This document shows, in pieces, positions 62,503-64,000 of a stretch of 64,000 bases of DNA. Where the stretch lies: contig CAXXVK010000060.1 in NCBI GenBank assembly GCA_963676915.2, positions 192,001 through 256,000 on the forward strand, written 5' to 3'. The translations under genes and the position numbers were made by a program. The DNA comes from Myxococcota bacterium. GTDB lineage: Bacteria > Myxococcota_A > SURF-8 > G963663525. Below the pieces are notes generated by a model, which worked only from the letters and a program-made list of their open reading frames with translations, searched no databases and had not been told where the DNA came from. The stretch's first letter is position 1; each line of letters begins with the position of its first letter.

Positions 62503-64000
62503 TCAGCTTTTCTTTTTGCCATTTTTACCGTTCTTACCGTTTCCGTTCCCGTTTTTGCGGCTTTTTTTGCGGGTTGCGGTTTTGGCAAGGTGTCGCCCGG
62601 CTTTGAAGGCTTCGAGGTTTTTCTCAACCGTCGGTCCCGGCACGTTCTTGGCAACGGCTTTTTCCATCGCCTGTTTGGCGAACGGACGAAGAATAGTATG
62701 CAGGCATCCCAGCGCAACCACGTTGGCCGACATCGGCGATTTGATCTTTTTCGCCGTGGAAATAATCGGCATCCGGTACAGCCGCGCTTGATGGTGCTCG
62801 GTACCGTCCACGGAAGCGTCCACCAGCAAAATCCCGCCGTCCTTGACCATTTTTCCGTACTTGTCGCAAGCTTCCTGGGTCAGCGCCACCAGCACGTCCA
62901 GTTTGGTCGCCTTGGGGAACTCGATTTTCTTGTGGGACAACACGAGGTCGCATTTGCTCGATCCACCCCGAGCTTCAGGACCGTACGACTGACTCTGAGC
63001 GACGTTCCACCCCTGCTCGACGGCGGCATCCGCCAGGATAATGCCCGAAAGAATCAGTCCCTGACCACCCGAACCGGCGAAACGCAGTTCGATGTGTTTG
63101 AGGTTTCCTTTGCTGGCAATCCGACCCAGCGCATCGCCTTTTTGGGCTTTGCGGGTCACTTCATCGTACAGTGTAAGGTAATTGCCCTTGTTTTCTTTTT
63201 CGTACAGAACGCCGTGAAGATATTTGGGACCGTTCGGACCATCGCTATCCACCGGCAGGTCTTTGATGGAATGGGCAGTTTCGTCGTCCTTCAGCTCGAT
63301 TGCCATGTTTTTCTGTTCCATCAGCATATCGAGATTGGACTTGTAGCGGTTACGATTGCGCCGCCCGTGAGTGGTGAAGCAACCTTCCATCACTTCCGTC
63401 ACACTGAAACCGGGATACATCAGCGCCCGGTAGAGCATTTTATCCAACTGGGAGAGATGATACGTATCCCCCCGCGCCACGAAACCCGCACCCGACGAGG
63501 TGGCCAGTCCGGCGATGTCGAAATGGGGTTCCACATTGCCGTAAGGGCTGGTTGCCGACCGGTCGTGTCTCGGTGTGGAAGGCGAGTACTGCCCGCCCGT
63601 CATGCCGTAAATGCCGTTGTTGAACAGCACCAACGTCATGTCGATGTTGCGGCGGCAGGCATGAATGAAATGATTGCCGCCGATGGCCAGCGAGTCGCCG
63701 TCGCCGGTGGCGATGATGACGTGCAGATCCGGGTTGGCCAGCCGAACCCCCGTTGCGAAAGGCAAAGCCCGCCCGTGGGTGGTGTGGACGGTGTCGAAAT
63801 CGAGGTACGTCGGAATCCGTGCAGCGCAACCGATGCCGGAAATGATCACGATCTTGTCGCGCTCCCAACCGGTTTGGTGAATCGCCCGAATCAGCGATTT
63901 CATCACCATCCCGTGACCACAGCCCGGACACCACAGGTGGGGCATGTGCTCGACCCGAAGGTATTGGTCATAATCGAATCCCAGGCGCGGAACCTTTTGT
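62503..64000 (-). CDS. 2-oxoacid:ferredoxin oxidoreductase fused beta+gamma subunit (start beyond the window)
   Basis: WCPGCG, SGIGC, GDGD..NN TPP motif, then GSGGQG and SYGPEARGG gamma motifs; frame is open to the window edge. Confidence 0.9.
   Translation of the reverse strand, partial: QKVPRLGFDYDQYLRVEHMPHLWCPGCGHGMVMKSLIRAIHQTGWERDKIVIISGIGCAARIPTYLDFDTVHTTHGRALPFATGVRLANPDLHVIIATGDGDSLAIGGNHFIHACRRNIDMTLVLFNNGIYGMTGGQYSPSTPRHDRSATSPYGNVEPHFDIAGLATSSGAGFVARGDTYHLSQLDKMLYRALMYPGFSVTEVMEGCFTTHGRRNRNRYKSNLDMLMEQKNMAIELKDDETAHSIKDLPVDSDGPNGPKYLHGVLYEKENKGNYLTLYDEVTRKAQKGDALGRIASKGNLKHIELRFAGSGGQGLILSGIILADAAVEQGWNVAQSQSYGPEARGGSSKCDLVLSHKKIEFPKATKLDVLVALTQEACDKYGKMVKDGGILLVDASVDGTEHHQARLYRMPIISTAKKIKSPMSANVVALGCLHTILRPFAKQAMEKAVAKNVPGPTVEKNLEAFKAGRHLAKTATRKKSRKNGNGNGKNGKNGKKKS

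Overview
A mostly minus-strand bacterial chromosomal segment whose gene content suggests an anaerobic deltaproteobacterium or Myxococcota member (inference). Left to right it holds the 5' end of bioA, a rubrerythrin-like gene and ferritin, a FadL-like outer-membrane gene coupled to an NtrC-family sigma54 activator, a degenerate histidine kinase, an orphan radical SAM gene, a zinc-ribbon membrane protein and a membrane-anchored excisionase-type HTH protein. A 17-kb chemotaxis cluster follows (MCP-like, STAS, cheY, cheA, four MCPs, cheW, cheR, cheB), then hydrolase, glycosyltransferase and kinase genes, a two-component pair, btaA, a 1642-aa thioester alpha-2-macroglobulin lipoprotein, clpP-clpX-lon, a second Pil-Chp-like chemosensory operon, a pentapeptide-repeat gene and a fused 2-oxoacid:ferredoxin oxidoreductase beta-gamma gene. 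The best novel candidate is an unannotated ~130-nt small RNA (about 4772-4902): it has a correctly spaced sigma54 promoter, four hairpins with C-rich loops or linkers and an intrinsic terminator, and it lies divergent from the sigma54 activator and upstream of a pseudokinase (Qrr/Pxr-like layout). Intergenic DNA carries two MITE families, REP doublets nested in MITE shells and a DnaA-box cluster. At least six apparent small indels, mostly in short base runs, split signalling genes; these are probably assembly errors, but reads are needed to decide. No rRNA, tRNA, CRISPR array or transposase gene was recognised.
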